Shown piece after piece: positions 39,976 to 51,430 of a stretch of 64,000 nucleotides of DNA; positions within the stretch are counted from its first letter, which is position 1; each line of letters starts with the position of its first letter. Source of the DNA: Octopus vulgaris (Eukaryota); NCBI GenBank assembly GCA_951406725.2, contig OX597816.1:46252001-46316000 (forward strand), read 5' to 3'. The notes under the pieces are model-generated. The model was not told the origin of the DNA. It did no database searches and was given only the letters and a program-made list of their open reading frames with translations. A program made the translations under genes and the position numbers.

Positions 39976-40809
39976 AGATCTTAAAGTAAAAATATACCAA
40001 AAATAGGGAACATTAACTTTTTGTCAGGAAGTTCTTATCTGGAGATGTTTCTATTTATAGAATCTCGAAATACATTCTTAGATTATCAAAAAATTGATTT
40101 GGCTACAAGCTGACAGTTTCTTTGAGAAACTAAAAGACAGATGTGTGGAATGAATGAAGGAACAAATAAGTAAATAAATAAATATATAAATAAATAAGTT
40201 TTAATAGAATATCATCAACAATAAGAGACAGCCTGAAAAACTAAAGCAAACAACAAGGAGGAGGAGGAGGTAGCGGAAGTGAAGGAAGAGGAGCAGAAAA
40301 GAAGAACAACCATTAATAATAATAATAAGAAGAAGAAGAACAACAAGGGCAATTATAATATGAGGATTGTTAACAACAACAATAGCGGTTGAATCTCCTT
40401 TAAATGACATCATGTCATGAAAAGAGAGGGTTATGTTGAATGATGTGGTGTTGGATGCAGTGCCCTTGGAAAGAGGATGGTCATGACTGGAATGCCTTTG
40501 GACATAGATCTGATCAATCAGAGCAGACCTGGAGTTAAAAAAACAACAACAAAAAACAAAAAAAAAAGCAACAATGATAGCATCACTGTTACCGCTACCA
40601 GTAACAACCATGCCAAAACTGTCAATAACTACAGAAGAAGCAGTAGTAACAACAACAAGAACAACAAGAGTATGTGTATTATTGGCTTGAATGGTTAATC
40701 ATTTGCCAAGCTGTATTGATACAAGATTTAGTTGTGTTGTCAAAAGATGTAATATGAGAAGAGAGAAATGGAATTAATGGACTAGTTGAACTGAAGGTGG
40801 ACTGGGGAA

Positions 40810-40956
40810 AGAGTTGCTGAAGCATGGAATAAACTGCCTGCGTCAGTTGTTGACTGCCATGACACTGCATCCTTTAAGGCCCTCATGCTTTCCGAAACTA
40901 CACCTGATTATATATACACTTTAGATGAGTTGTAGTGCACCTGAGCACTGTACACA

Positions 40957-40990
<34 letters not shown>
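40810..40990 (+). mobile_element. CR1-like LINE 3' end with (ATT)n tail
   Basis: Encodes RVAEAWNKLPASVVDCHDTASFK, the WNxLPxxVV..SFK C-terminal motif of CR1-clade ORF2. Confidence 0.75.
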
Positions 40991-40992
<2 letters not shown>

Positions 40993-40999
40993 TATTATA

Positions 41000-41462
41000 A
41001 ATCTGGATTGAAACAGGATTGAAGAGGTGGAACTGGATTGAAGAATGGTTGGGGAAAGACTGAAAAAGGACTGGTGTAAGACTAATGAATGACTAAAGAA
41101 GAACTGAAGAATGACAAGTAAGATTGAAGAAGAACTGAAGGACTTAAAGAACGGGCAAAGTCAGATTGAAGGAAGACTGAAGAACTGAAGAAGGTCTGAA
41201 GAAAGGTTGATGCTGAACTGAAGAAGGACTGGAGAAGTGTTGAAGCTAGGCTAAGGAAATACTGAACTGAAGACGGAATGAACCAAAAAAAAAAAAAAAA
41301 GAACTGAAGAAAGGCTGAACAGAAAGACTAAAGTTGGATTGAAGAAGGATTGAATTGATGAAATACTGAACTGAAGTCAAAAACCAACTGGAAAAAGACT
41401 GATTTGGGCAGAGTTGGACTGAAGAGAAACTGTAGTTTGATGAAAAAAGGATTGAAAGAGGA
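41000..41462. repeat. Purine-rich degenerate ~11-bp tandem repeat
   Basis: Recurrent gaagaactgaa / ggattgaagaa units. Confidence 0.7.
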
Positions 41463-41994
41463 ATTTTCAATATCAATCTATTTTTCTAATTTTTGCTTTC
41501 TACATTTCATTTTTACTATATATTTTTTCTTTCCTTTCTTTGTGCATTTGTTGTAGAGTTGTTTCTTGGGGGTTTTTTTAGCCCCTCAACTACCCTGCTG
41601 ACCACTTATTGTGTAGATATACGATTGCATGAGTTCCATCTGTGACCATCCCTCTTGTTTTACCAATATAGTGACTACATTACCCAATATGTTCTTCAGC
41701 TATTTTAAAGATAGTAGTGTGTGTGTGTGTGTGTGTGAAAGTGAGAGAAACCTAGAGCTTCACAAAAAAGACAATATTAATAATTCTTTCTATTATAGGT
41801 ACAAAGCTTGAAATTTTGAGGGAGAGGACTAGTCAATTACATTGACCTCAGTGCTCAAATGGTAGTTATTTTATCGACCCTGAAAAGAAGAAAGGATAAA
41901 GTTGACCTTGGCAGAATTTGAACTCAGAATGTAAAGCATTTTGTCCAGCGTGCTAACAATTCTGCCTGCTTGCAACCTTTTCAATATTGATAGT

Positions 41995-42380
41995 GGAAGC
42001 ACTCTGTCGGTTACGACGATGTGGGTTCCGATTGATCCGAATCAACGGAACAGCCTGCTCGTGAAATTAACGTGTAAGTGGCTGAGCACTCCACAGACAC
42101 ATGCACCCTTAACGTAGTTCTCGGGGATATTCAGCGTGACACAGAGAGTGACAAGGCCGGCCTCTTGAAATACAGGTACAACAGAAACAGGAAGTAAGAG
42201 TGAGAGAAAGTTGTGGTGAAAGAGTACAGCAGGGATCACCACCATCCTCTGCCAGAGCCTCATGGAGCTTTTAGGTGTTTTCGCTCAATAAGCACTCACA
42301 ACGCCCAGTCTGGGAATTGAAACTGCGATCCTATGACCGCGAGTCCGCTGCCCTAACCACTGGGCCATTGCGCCTCCACA
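41995..42380 (-). mobile_element. tRNA-derived SINE (family C) with TSD
   Basis: Minus-strand head tgtggaggcgcaatggcccagtggttagggcagcgg; aatattgatagt duplicated on both flanks. Confidence 0.88.
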
Positions 42381-42712
42381 ATATTGATAGTAATCACAAT
42401 ATTAATAATTCTTCCTAATTTAGGTACAAGGCCTGAAATTTTGGTCGAAGTGGCCAGTTCATCTCATTGACCCTAGTGCTGATACTATTTTACAAAGCCT
42501 GAGAGGATGAAAGGCTAAGTCGATCTCGGTGGTATTTGAACTCATAACATAAGGCCAGAAGGAATGTTGCTAATGTCCAGTGTGCTAACAATTCTGCCAG
42601 CTAACAACCTTTTCAATATCGATAATAATCACAATATTGATATGTTGTTATATTTCAGGATGGTCATTTTTTCTCTTGCCAAATTAGCACGCACACACAC
42701 CACACACACATA

Positions 42713-42751
<39 letters not shown>

Positions 42752-42753
<2 letters not shown>

Positions 42754-43147
42754 CGTAGGAGTGGCTGTGTGGTAAGTAGCTTGCTTGCGAACCACATAGT
42801 TCCGGGTTCAGTCCCACTACGTGGCACCTTGGGCAAGTGTCTTCTACTATAGCCTTGGGCCGACCAAAGCCTTGTGAGTGGATTTAGTAGACGGAAACTG
42901 AAAAGAAGCCCGTCGTATATATGTATATATATATATGTTTGTGTGTCTGTGTTTGTCCCCCAACATTGCTTGACAACCGATGCTGGTGTGTTTATGTCCC
43001 CGTAACTTAGCGGTTCGGCAAAAGAGAACAATAGAATAAGTACTAGGCTTACAAAGAATAAGTCCTGGGGTCGATTTGCTCGACTAAAGGCGGTGCTCCA
43101 GCATGGCCACAGTCAAATGACTGAAACAAGTAAAAGAGTAAAAGAGT
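42752..43147 (+). mobile_element. SINE family A, full length
   Basis: Head ggcgtaggagtggctgtgtggtaag to tail aaaagagtaaaagagta. Confidence 0.93.
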
Positions 43148-43194
43148 ATATATTCATTCTTCACTCGTTTATTATTATTCTTACCTTATGTTCA

Positions 43195-43241
43195 TTGTCT
43201 GGAAATCTTTTGTCACATATTTGTGACCTCTTCAGTGACTC
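43195..43241 (-). ncRNA. Decayed minimal hammerhead-like motif (C3-G8)
   Basis: Minus strand: gagtca CTGAAGAG gtcaca-aata-tgtgac AAAA gatttc cagac. Perfect 6-bp stem II; G12 lost (CpG-type change); stem I poor. Confidence 0.55.
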
Positions 43242-43854
43242 TTTCATCCCACATGTATCCTCCTGTTCTGCTGTTTAGTCCATCCTTTTCAATAGTGGTT
43301 TCAAATTTTGGTACAAGGCCAGCAATTTCAGGGGAGGGGATAAGTTGACTATATTGGCCTCAAAGCTCAAATGATACTTATTTTTATCAACCTTGAAAGG
43401 ATGAAATGCAAAGTCGACTCCAGCAGCATTTGAACTCAGAATGTAAAGATGGACAAAATGCTGCTAAGCATTAGGCCAGGTGTGTTAATGATTCTGCCAC
43501 AACACTAACATCAGCCTCCAAAATTTTCAACCAGAAGTCTAATATCTAACTCTATGCAAAGTACTTCCACTCCTCACTCAACTTCACTCACAAGAGTCTT
43601 CTGCAAGTTATTTTGTCATGACAATAAGAGAGCTGCTATGTGATTGCTCAACTTTCCTCATATCAAAGTCAAACTTTCTTCATATCAATCACACCATACT
43701 GCCTTAAAAGGAAAATACACATTCGATAATGTACTTGTCATATACCAATAAAAATGAGCTGGCCACATCAGGGATGTCTTTGATCATAACTCTGCCCCAT
43801 TTTCAAGATTGATCTGAAGCTAAACATTATCAACCACCACCGCTCTACCAATAT

Positions 43855-44295
43855 ATACGTATTATCTTTAGCAAGAAAAAAATTACCAATGACTTTGAGG
43901 TTTCTGCTTGTTTACCTTCATCAGACTGCATTTTAAATGGGTTCTACTTGGACTTTATATAATCTTTGGCATGTTATTTTTGGGGTGAGGTAGGTGGAGC
44001 TATGTGTATGTTAATTAGATGTGTATATAGACCAGGAAAGTTGTTGTGTAAGAAAGGGAAGACAGAGAAGGATAAGAGGAAAGTATGTGTTTGTTAGGTG
44101 TGGATTGATAGAAAATTATGGTGAGGTTTATTTTGGTTTGATGTAGGAATTTTATTAAATGTTTAGGGTTGAGTCAGGTGTGGAAATAAAGGAGTAAAAA
44201 CATATCAAATTCAAGAAAAGCACAGTCTGATGAAGGTGAGCAAACCAAAACTTTAAAGTTACCATCTTCCTTTTCCTTGCTAAAAGTAATAAATA
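43855..44295. mobile_element. Penelope-type inverted pseudo-LTR pair, each arm with a hammerhead-like motif
   Basis: Minus 43887-43928: cagt CTGATGA aggtaaacaagca GAAA cctcaaa GTC attg. Plus 44223-44263: cagt CTGATGA aggtgagcaaacc AAAA ctttaaa GTT acc. Both are followed by tt(t/c)cttgctaaa...taataa. Confidence 0.7.
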
Positions 44296-44373
44296 TTTAC
44301 CCCACTAAAAATTATTGTGCAATTCCTCAGTTTAATCTTGAATTGTTTCACATATAACTTGACATAAAAACCA

Positions 44374-44404
<31 letters not shown>

Positions 44405-45964
44405 AAGAGATATAGATAGATAGATGCACACAGATACACGCCCCTCATATACAACAGTGTTAAACATTAAAACATTATGCATTTTTATGCATTTAAAAAG
44501 CATATATTGACATTAAAAAATATCTGTTCTTCCTGATCTCCACACATGTAGAAGTGTACACGTATGGGTACTTATTTATGATTTTATATCCTAAACATAA
44601 AATTCCCCAACATGCACCTTAAGGTTTTAAATTCATATTGCTTCATGTCAATTTACCAACTAAATTTTAATTATATTATAGAGGGAAAAATCCCATAAAA
44701 TTATAGATAAGCACTCGAATAACCTAAATGAAGGTATGAATGCATGTACATGTTTTTATATGCATATTGACATATGTTTACTCATGTGCAAAAACACACC
44801 TACACACACACGCAAACATGCACACACACACATATCTATACATATATATGCTCACACACACACATATATATATACACACACACTTAAACACACACATTTG
44901 CACACAGATACACACACATACATGCACACACTTATATGCACACATATATATGCACATACATACATACACTAGAGGATGTTTGCAGGGTTGCCTAGGTACC
45001 AAATATATATAGAAACATTTTCTTGTTTAACTTAAATGACATAACTTACATAAATTTTTTACGTTTTGCTTTATGCATGTAATTATATTTGCATATGTTA
45101 TTTATTATAATGTACATAAAGTTAAATTTTTCCAGGTTTCTGAGATCTATGAAGCTTTTGAGACTGCGTTTATTGATAATGTTTTTTTTAGTTAAGAAAA
45201 TACAATCTTTATGTTCTACTCTGTATATTTTCTTGTATTCTAAATTGAATTTCAACACATAAAACTGAAGCAATTCTAACAGAGATGTAAATTTATTCAG
45301 TGAGACCTGTTAGTTTGATGACATTTCTTGTTCTGCAGTTTGGGACTCTGATGAAAACATATCTGTTTGGTTCAACACGTGAGCATGCAACAGGGAGCTG
45401 ACCACAAGAAAAACATGGACTTGTCAGTTCTACTTCAAAAAAAGTCTTGAGGGACTGTCCTTGAAACTTGTTTGATGGTCATTGTAGAAGATAGTGACAT
45501 TGGAAACTGGAGCTGTGTAAATTTCAATAGAATATCTGATAGGATGAAGGGAACGAGTGGGATGTAAGAATTTATCTTTGCACAACTGTGAAAAATGGGT
45601 GGTTTTGATCACATGGGACATAAGAGTCTTGACATTTAGTCTTGCAGCATTATAGATTTTTGGTGCATCCAAATTTCATAACAACATAATGTGTGTTGTA
45701 GATTACAAAGGTTATGAGGTAGAACAACTGTTGTCTAAAAACATTTTCAAAAATTCTGTTGGATAATTGGCAGCATCTTCAAATACAATGTGAACTGACT
45801 GGTACCACCTGGATTGGGGTGGTATCTGTTGAATGGTGGTGGTATTGAATCCTTCACCATGTCAATTTTAAGAGTAACGATGGTATGTTCAGAAAGCCTC
45901 TCAGCTTCTCTATAGTTCTGTGAGAGGCAGGGATAAACTTGTAATAATATTTCCTGAAAAATAT

Positions 45965-46364
45965 TACTCTTTTACTTGTTTCAGTCATTTGACTGTGGCC
46001 ATGCTGGAGCACCACCTTTAGTCGAGCAAATCGACCCCAGGACTTATTCTTTGTTATTCTAGTACTTATTCTATCAGTCTCTTTTGCCAAACTGCTAAGT
46101 GACGGGGGCATAAACACACCTGCATCAGTTGTCAAGCGATGCTAGGGGGACAAACACAGACACACAAACATACACACACACACATATATATACATATATA
46201 CGACAGGCTTCTTTCAGTTTCCGTCTTCCAGATCTACTCACAAGGCTTTGGGTGGCCCAAGGCAAGAGTAGAGGACACTTGCCCAAGATGCCATACAGTG
46301 GGACTGAACCCAGAACTATGTGGTTGGTAAGCAAACTACTTACCACACAGCCACTCTTGTGCCT
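45965..46364 (-). mobile_element. SINE family A inside the Helitron
   Basis: Full family A body. Confidence 0.92.
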
Positions 46365-46934
46365 ATATTGATGATTTTTTTCACAAATTTTTTATTTTGA
46401 CATCTCCACTCTCAGTATCAATTGGTAATAAGCATTTTCCCAAATGAAAGAAAAATCTTTTGCTAACTGGGATGTTGAAACATCTCTGTTAAGTACAACT
46501 CTCATAAAGTTTCTTCTCTTCTTCACATGTAGGTTTCTTTGTGGTATACACACAACTCATTAGTAAGTGTATCCTTTGGGATGACTAGTAGAATTTATCT
46601 GAAATTACAAGAAAGCAAGAATAAAACTCCACCCACCATATTAGTATTACATCTGATATCTTTCAAGGTGCAAAGAAGAGTCTCAGATGGAAATCTGTGA
46701 AATATTGTGCACTCATCTCATATAGTCATTTTAGTCTGCTTTAGAACCTTGACCTGTCCAGATTCTTTGTCAGTATTGCATGCAGAACTGTCATAATGTG
46801 CAAGGTTGAGTAGCAGCTTAAAAGCAGAATGAGCAGTCTTGCTACCTGTAATCAAAATTTCTGCAGTTCCTGACAAGGTCACAGCATTAACAATCTGCTT
46901 GAGTGAATGAAACTTTTACCAAAATTAGGTTATT

Positions 46935-47141
46935 CTTTTACTTGTTTCAGTCATTTGACGGTGGCCATGCTGGAGCACCACCTTTAGTCAAATCAAATCG
47001 CCCCCAGGACTTATTCTTTGTAAGCCTAGTACTTATTCTATCGGTCTCTTTTGCTGAACTGCTAAGATACGGGGGACTTAAACACATCAGCATCGGTTGT
47101 CAAGTAATGTTGGGGGGACAAACACAGATACACAACATATG

Positions 47142-47185
<44 letters not shown>

Positions 47186-47314
47186 GCTTCTTTCAGTTTC
47201 CAGCTACCAAATCCACTCACAAGGCTTTGGTCAGCCTGAGGCTATAGTAGAAGACACTTGCCCAAGGTGCCATGCAGTGGTTGGTAAGCAATCTACTTAC
47301 CACACAGCCACTCC
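46935..47314 (-). mobile_element. SINE family A inside the Helitron
   Basis: Family A body with a small deletion in the head. Confidence 0.9.
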
Positions 47315-47987
47315 TTTTTTGATCAAATAATGTTGACCAAAATGTTTTGCCTGCTCCACCAGATGCATCAAGAAAAACCATTCCTCTTGAGTTAGTTGTC
47401 ATCAATTAGTTGATCCATTCATAAGCTTTTTTGTTCAACTGGTAATAAAGAATTATTCATTTTGGTGGACATGCTGTTCATGTTGTTGAATGCCATAGCT
47501 CATAGATTAAAGAACCGTTCAACTGAGAACTGCAGCTGCAGTTTGCATTTGAGCTAGCTCGCCACACAGTTCAAAATCCTTGCCAGTCATGAACTGTGCA
47601 GTATTTTTAGTGACAGTCTATACTTGATAAACCCTAAGTGTGTTTTTGTTTCAGTCTTGATAAACCCAAGTGTGTTTTTTTATTTTCAGATATCAGCATG
47701 ATATTCCCTATCATGCTATACTAGTGTCTGTGCCAAAGTTACTGATAAATAGATGGTAAACGGACACAAAATTATAGAAATGATAGAAAAGAGAATCATC
47801 TTGTTTGGAGAATATAAGATTTCTGTCTCTTCCAAGGTGCTTTTACAGTCTGAGTCATCTTCCAAGAGGCATCTCATTTGGCAAGCATTTCAGTATGAAG
47901 CACAGACATATCAACTGATAGTTTTGGTTCTTGGAATCGGGATGGACCATGAGTATTGCATAGGAACTACCTGAGATTTAAATCAAT

Positions 47988-48420
47988 TACTCTTTTACAC
48001 TTTTACTTGTTTCAGTCATTTGACTGTGGCCATGCTGGAGCACCGCCTTCAGTGAAGCAAATCGACCCCAGGACTTATTCTTTCGAAGCCTAGTACTTAT
48101 TCTATTGGTCCCTTTTGCCGAACCACTAAGTTACGGAGACGTAAACACACCAGCATCGGTTGTCAAGCGATGTTGGGGGGACAAACACAGACACACAAAC
48201 ACACACACACACACATACATACATATATATATATATATATACACATATATATGCATATAAACGACGGGCTTCTTTCAGTTTCCATCTACCAAATCCACTC
48301 ACAAGGCTTTGGTCGGCCCGAGGCTATAGAAGACACTTGCCCAAGGTACTATGTAGTAGGACTGAACCCGAAACCATGTGGTTGGTAAGCAAGCTCCTAA
48401 CCATACAGCCACTCCTTCCT
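47988..48420 (-). mobile_element. SINE family A
   Basis: Full family A body. Confidence 0.92.
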
Positions 48421-48951
48421 CATTCAAAAACCATATCTTCAAAAAATTTGTATGCAATTTAAAATAACAGGGAAGATAGGCACTCCATCAGTTACAATGA
48501 TGAAGGTTCTACTTGATTCGATCAATGGAACAGCTTGCTTGCAAAATCAAGGTGTAAGTGGCTGAGCACTCCAGAAATGCATACCCTTAATGTAGTTCTC
48601 AGGGAGATTCAGTGTGACACACAGTGTAACAATGCTGGCCCTTTTGAAATGCATGTACAACTCGTTTTTGACAGCAGAGTAGATTGGAACAATGTGAAAT
48701 AAAGTGTCTTGCTCAAGGATGCAATGCGTGGCCAGGAATCAAGCTAACAATCTTACAATTGTGAATTAAATATCCTAACCACTAAGTCACACACCTTCAC
48801 ATTCTTTCATTGTTTTACATTAAATTTATGCCCACGGGCATATGGTGTAGTGGTTAAGAGTGCCGGCTACTAACCCCAAGATTCCGAGTTCGATTCCAAG
48901 CAGTGACCTGAACATTAATAATAATAATAATGATGATAATAATAATAATAA

Positions 48952-49505
48952 ATGCCCTGATGCAGTACCAGGCAGTGGCTCTCATGGCTTCTAATCTTAA
49001 CTGATTGGAAGTGTTATCATGTACATTCTTTTGTCTTGGTATAAAAGATGGGCTACAGCAAATATTCTGCTCAATACCACAGATTTGCTTATCAGTTGTT
49101 TGACCTTAACCAGTTGAGCATGTCCCTTAGTTGCTGACAATATGTGCTTCTCTGATCACAAGCAGAAGTAGCGGGGAGAGCATCATAGCCATGTGTTGAG
49201 AGGGATTCTTTGGGGTTTGAATGATTCACCTCTGGAAGCATGGGTGTTTTGTTCAACATCCTTTATCAACCCTTATTCAAAGACCTTTTGAGCGGGATGG
49301 GTTACTCGACCAGAAGAAAATTCTAACTGGGTCCCACCTGCAAGGTCATGTTCTGTTTGTCTTGATATGAGATCACCATGTCGCACACACATGGTTGTGA
49401 TGCATGTGCCTAGTGTACCCTTATTAGACGGGTAGTCATGATGGGTATACTGGGCTTCATATATTTTACCCCAGCGTCACTTTGATGGCATGCACTGTTC
49501 TCTCA
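48952..49505 (+). mobile_element. (AAT)n-associated ~555-bp non-coding element, full length
   Basis: Reverse complement of 54542-55097 with scattered differences; (aat)n on both sides. Confidence 0.9.
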
Positions 49506-49585
49506 ATAATAATAATAATAATAATAATAATAATTACATCTAAAAATACCTTAGGAATGAGAACCCAGGTTCAGAATTTTCCCAA

Positions 49586-49631
49586 GACATCTGATGAAGG
49601 CTGGAGTGTATATCAGCAGAAATGTTGTGTT
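49586..49631 (+). ncRNA. Minimal type-I hammerhead-like motif
   Basis: gacat CTGATGA a ggctg-gagtgtatat-cagca GAAA tgTT gtgtt. Stem I gacat/gtgtt, stem II gctg/cagc, vestigial stem III. Confidence 0.65.
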
Positions 49632-50704
49632 AACAAACAAGATGAGGACAAATATCCGTTGAATGTAAATAATTAAAATTTATGTATATTGATATCAAAT
49701 CACGTTTACTTAAAATGTTCTACCACAGTCTGTAATGATATTGGGAAACCATTTACCTTTCTATCTGTCACTTGTTTCAGTCACTGGACTGTGGCCATGT
49801 TGGAGCACTACCTTGAAAGGTTTTAATTGAAAACATTGATGATTTTTAAGTCTGATGCTTATTCTATCCGTCACATTTACCGAACCACCAAGTTACAGGA
49901 CACAAACAAACTAACACCAAATGTCATGCAGTGGGTGGACATACACACGCATACACACACACACACACACAATGAGCTTCCATCAACCAAATTCACTCAC
50001 AAGGCATTGATCAGCCTGAGGCATCAGTAGTAGATACTTTGCCCAAGGTGCCATGCAGTGGGACTGAACCCAAACCCATTTGGTTGCAAAGTGAGCTTCT
50101 TAACCACACAGCTATGTCTGCAGCTATTTTAGTTCATGCAAAGTATTCAGAGTGTGTATATTAGAACACTGTTGTCATTAAAATTCCTCGTTAGAAAGTT
50201 AGTATATACTTTCAAATATCATCAAAGATAGAAAATAATTTATACTTCATTGTTTTCACATGTTAATTTGTATATACTGCTAAAATATTCAGGTATTGTG
50301 TTTTATGAATTGAACTGTAAATTCTTATATAGTTTGAAATATATTCAGATATAAAAAATTATAGCTTCATATATATATATATAACATAGAACTTGAATAT
50401 TTTAGGAGTATAAACAAAATTGAGAAAGAATAGATTATTTTCTGTTGCCTGTTGCATTTGAAACTGTGTACTGACTTTTCAAAGATATACCTTTTAAATG
50501 CGGAACTATAAGCATTCCAAATATATTCTGTCTGTCCTCTCTTCTGTGTGTGTATATATATATTTATATATGTATGTATATATATAATATACATATATAC
50601 ATGTTTCTGTATGTATGTATATACATGTTTCTGTATGCATGTATATACATGTTTCTGTATGCATGTATATACATGTTTCTGTATGTATGTATGATTATAT
50701 ATGT

Positions 50705-51158
50705 ATGTGAAGTATGTTTGCCACTTAAATGTGGCTAACCACTAAGGGTGGATGCTACTGTAGCTTGTAGCCCCAGGAGAACATCTTCTCCAGCTGGCTA
50801 TTGACACACTTTCTGTGCCCTATCAGTATTTGCAGAGGGAAGCAATCCTTCCCATCATCATATTTGCATTGGGACCCCTTCGCATCAAAAACCGGTGATT
50901 GTCGTGCGCTGACAACGGGTAAATACCCAGAAACCCAGGTCCGTGCATATCACGTCAGGTCGACGATGGGAAGGATGGCTTCCCTTTGCAAATACTGATA
51001 GGGCACAGAAAGTGTGTCAATAGCCAGCTGGAGAAGATGTTCTCCTGGGGCTACAAGCTGCAGTAGCATCCACCCTTAGTGGTTAGCCACATTTAAGTGG
51101 CAAATATACTTCACATTGTTTGCAGCTACTGTTTATACCTCGTTCAGAGATTTATTAT
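50705..51158 (+). mobile_element. Fold-back element, ~150-bp arms, hammerhead-like motif in the loop
   Basis: 50705-50857 is the inverse of 50965-51116 with few mismatches; tail to 51158 shared with 5807-6088. Confidence 0.85.
50904..50946 (+). ncRNA. Minimal type-I hammerhead-like motif (decayed)
   Basis: gtgcg CTGACAA c gggt-aaat-accc a GAAA cccag GTC cgtgc. GUC cleavage triplet; G8 changed to A and ACCCAGGT are both explainable as CpG decay from CTGACGA and ACCCGGGT. Confidence 0.65.
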
Positions 51159-51265
51159 TGCTTATATATACATAGTAAATAAACGAACATGTATCAGAAA
51201 AGAAGTACACTCTTAAGAATAAAGTAGTTAGTTAGTTAGTTATGACAAAAATTTTGTCTTGGACG

Positions 51266-51327
51266 TAGAGTTACCCAAGATTTCACATCCACAAGGCAAA
51301 GCCTTGTGAACAGCTCATCAGACTCTA
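51266..51327 (-). ncRNA. Type-I hammerhead ribozyme candidate with intact core
   Basis: Minus strand: tagagt CTGATGA gctgttcacaaggc-ttt-gccttgtggatgt GAAA tcttggg TA actcta. 6-bp stem I, long stem II (8 contiguous Watson-Crick pairs plus wobbles), GUA triplet, weak stem III. Confidence 0.75.
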
Positions 51328-51430
51328 TACAGACGCACACACATATGTATGTATGTATATGCTTGGAAAATGGACTTTAAATGATGATGTGTGTACACAC
51401 GCACACATCAAAACACACACATATACTCAC

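Larger units (their letters stand above)
44969..47975 (-). mobile_element. Decayed autonomous Helitron (RepHel helicase half), interrupted by two family A SINEs
   Basis: Minus-strand fragments ACQMRCLLEDD (~47880), VFLDASGGAGKTF (Walker A, ~47345-47385), KTAHSAFKL, DECT, QGQSL...PCFSCGQLPVACSRV (~45380-45460); 3' end ...cctCTAG|T at 44969. Confidence 0.85.
48831..49675 (+). mobile_element. tRNA-headed SINE with hammerhead-like 3' module, interrupted at its (AAT)n linker
   Basis: A box tggtgtagtgg and B box gagttcgattcc (48843-48898); hammerhead-like motif at 49586-49631; candidate 9-bp TSD aaatttatg (48822-48830, 49676-49684). Confidence 0.7.

Noticed and set aside
41968-41990. Minus-strand TTGAAAAGgttgcaag resembling the U3-A8 motif
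   Set aside because: Chance junction of flank and a family B SINE head; no closing stem or GAAA.
48836-48905. tRNA gene
   Set aside because: A and B boxes are present, but acceptor and anticodon stems do not close; it is a SINE head.
50990-51022. CTGATAGggcacaGAAA as a hammerhead
   Set aside because: Positions 8 and 9 are wrong, there is no stem II, and it is not conserved in the 5.9-kb relative.
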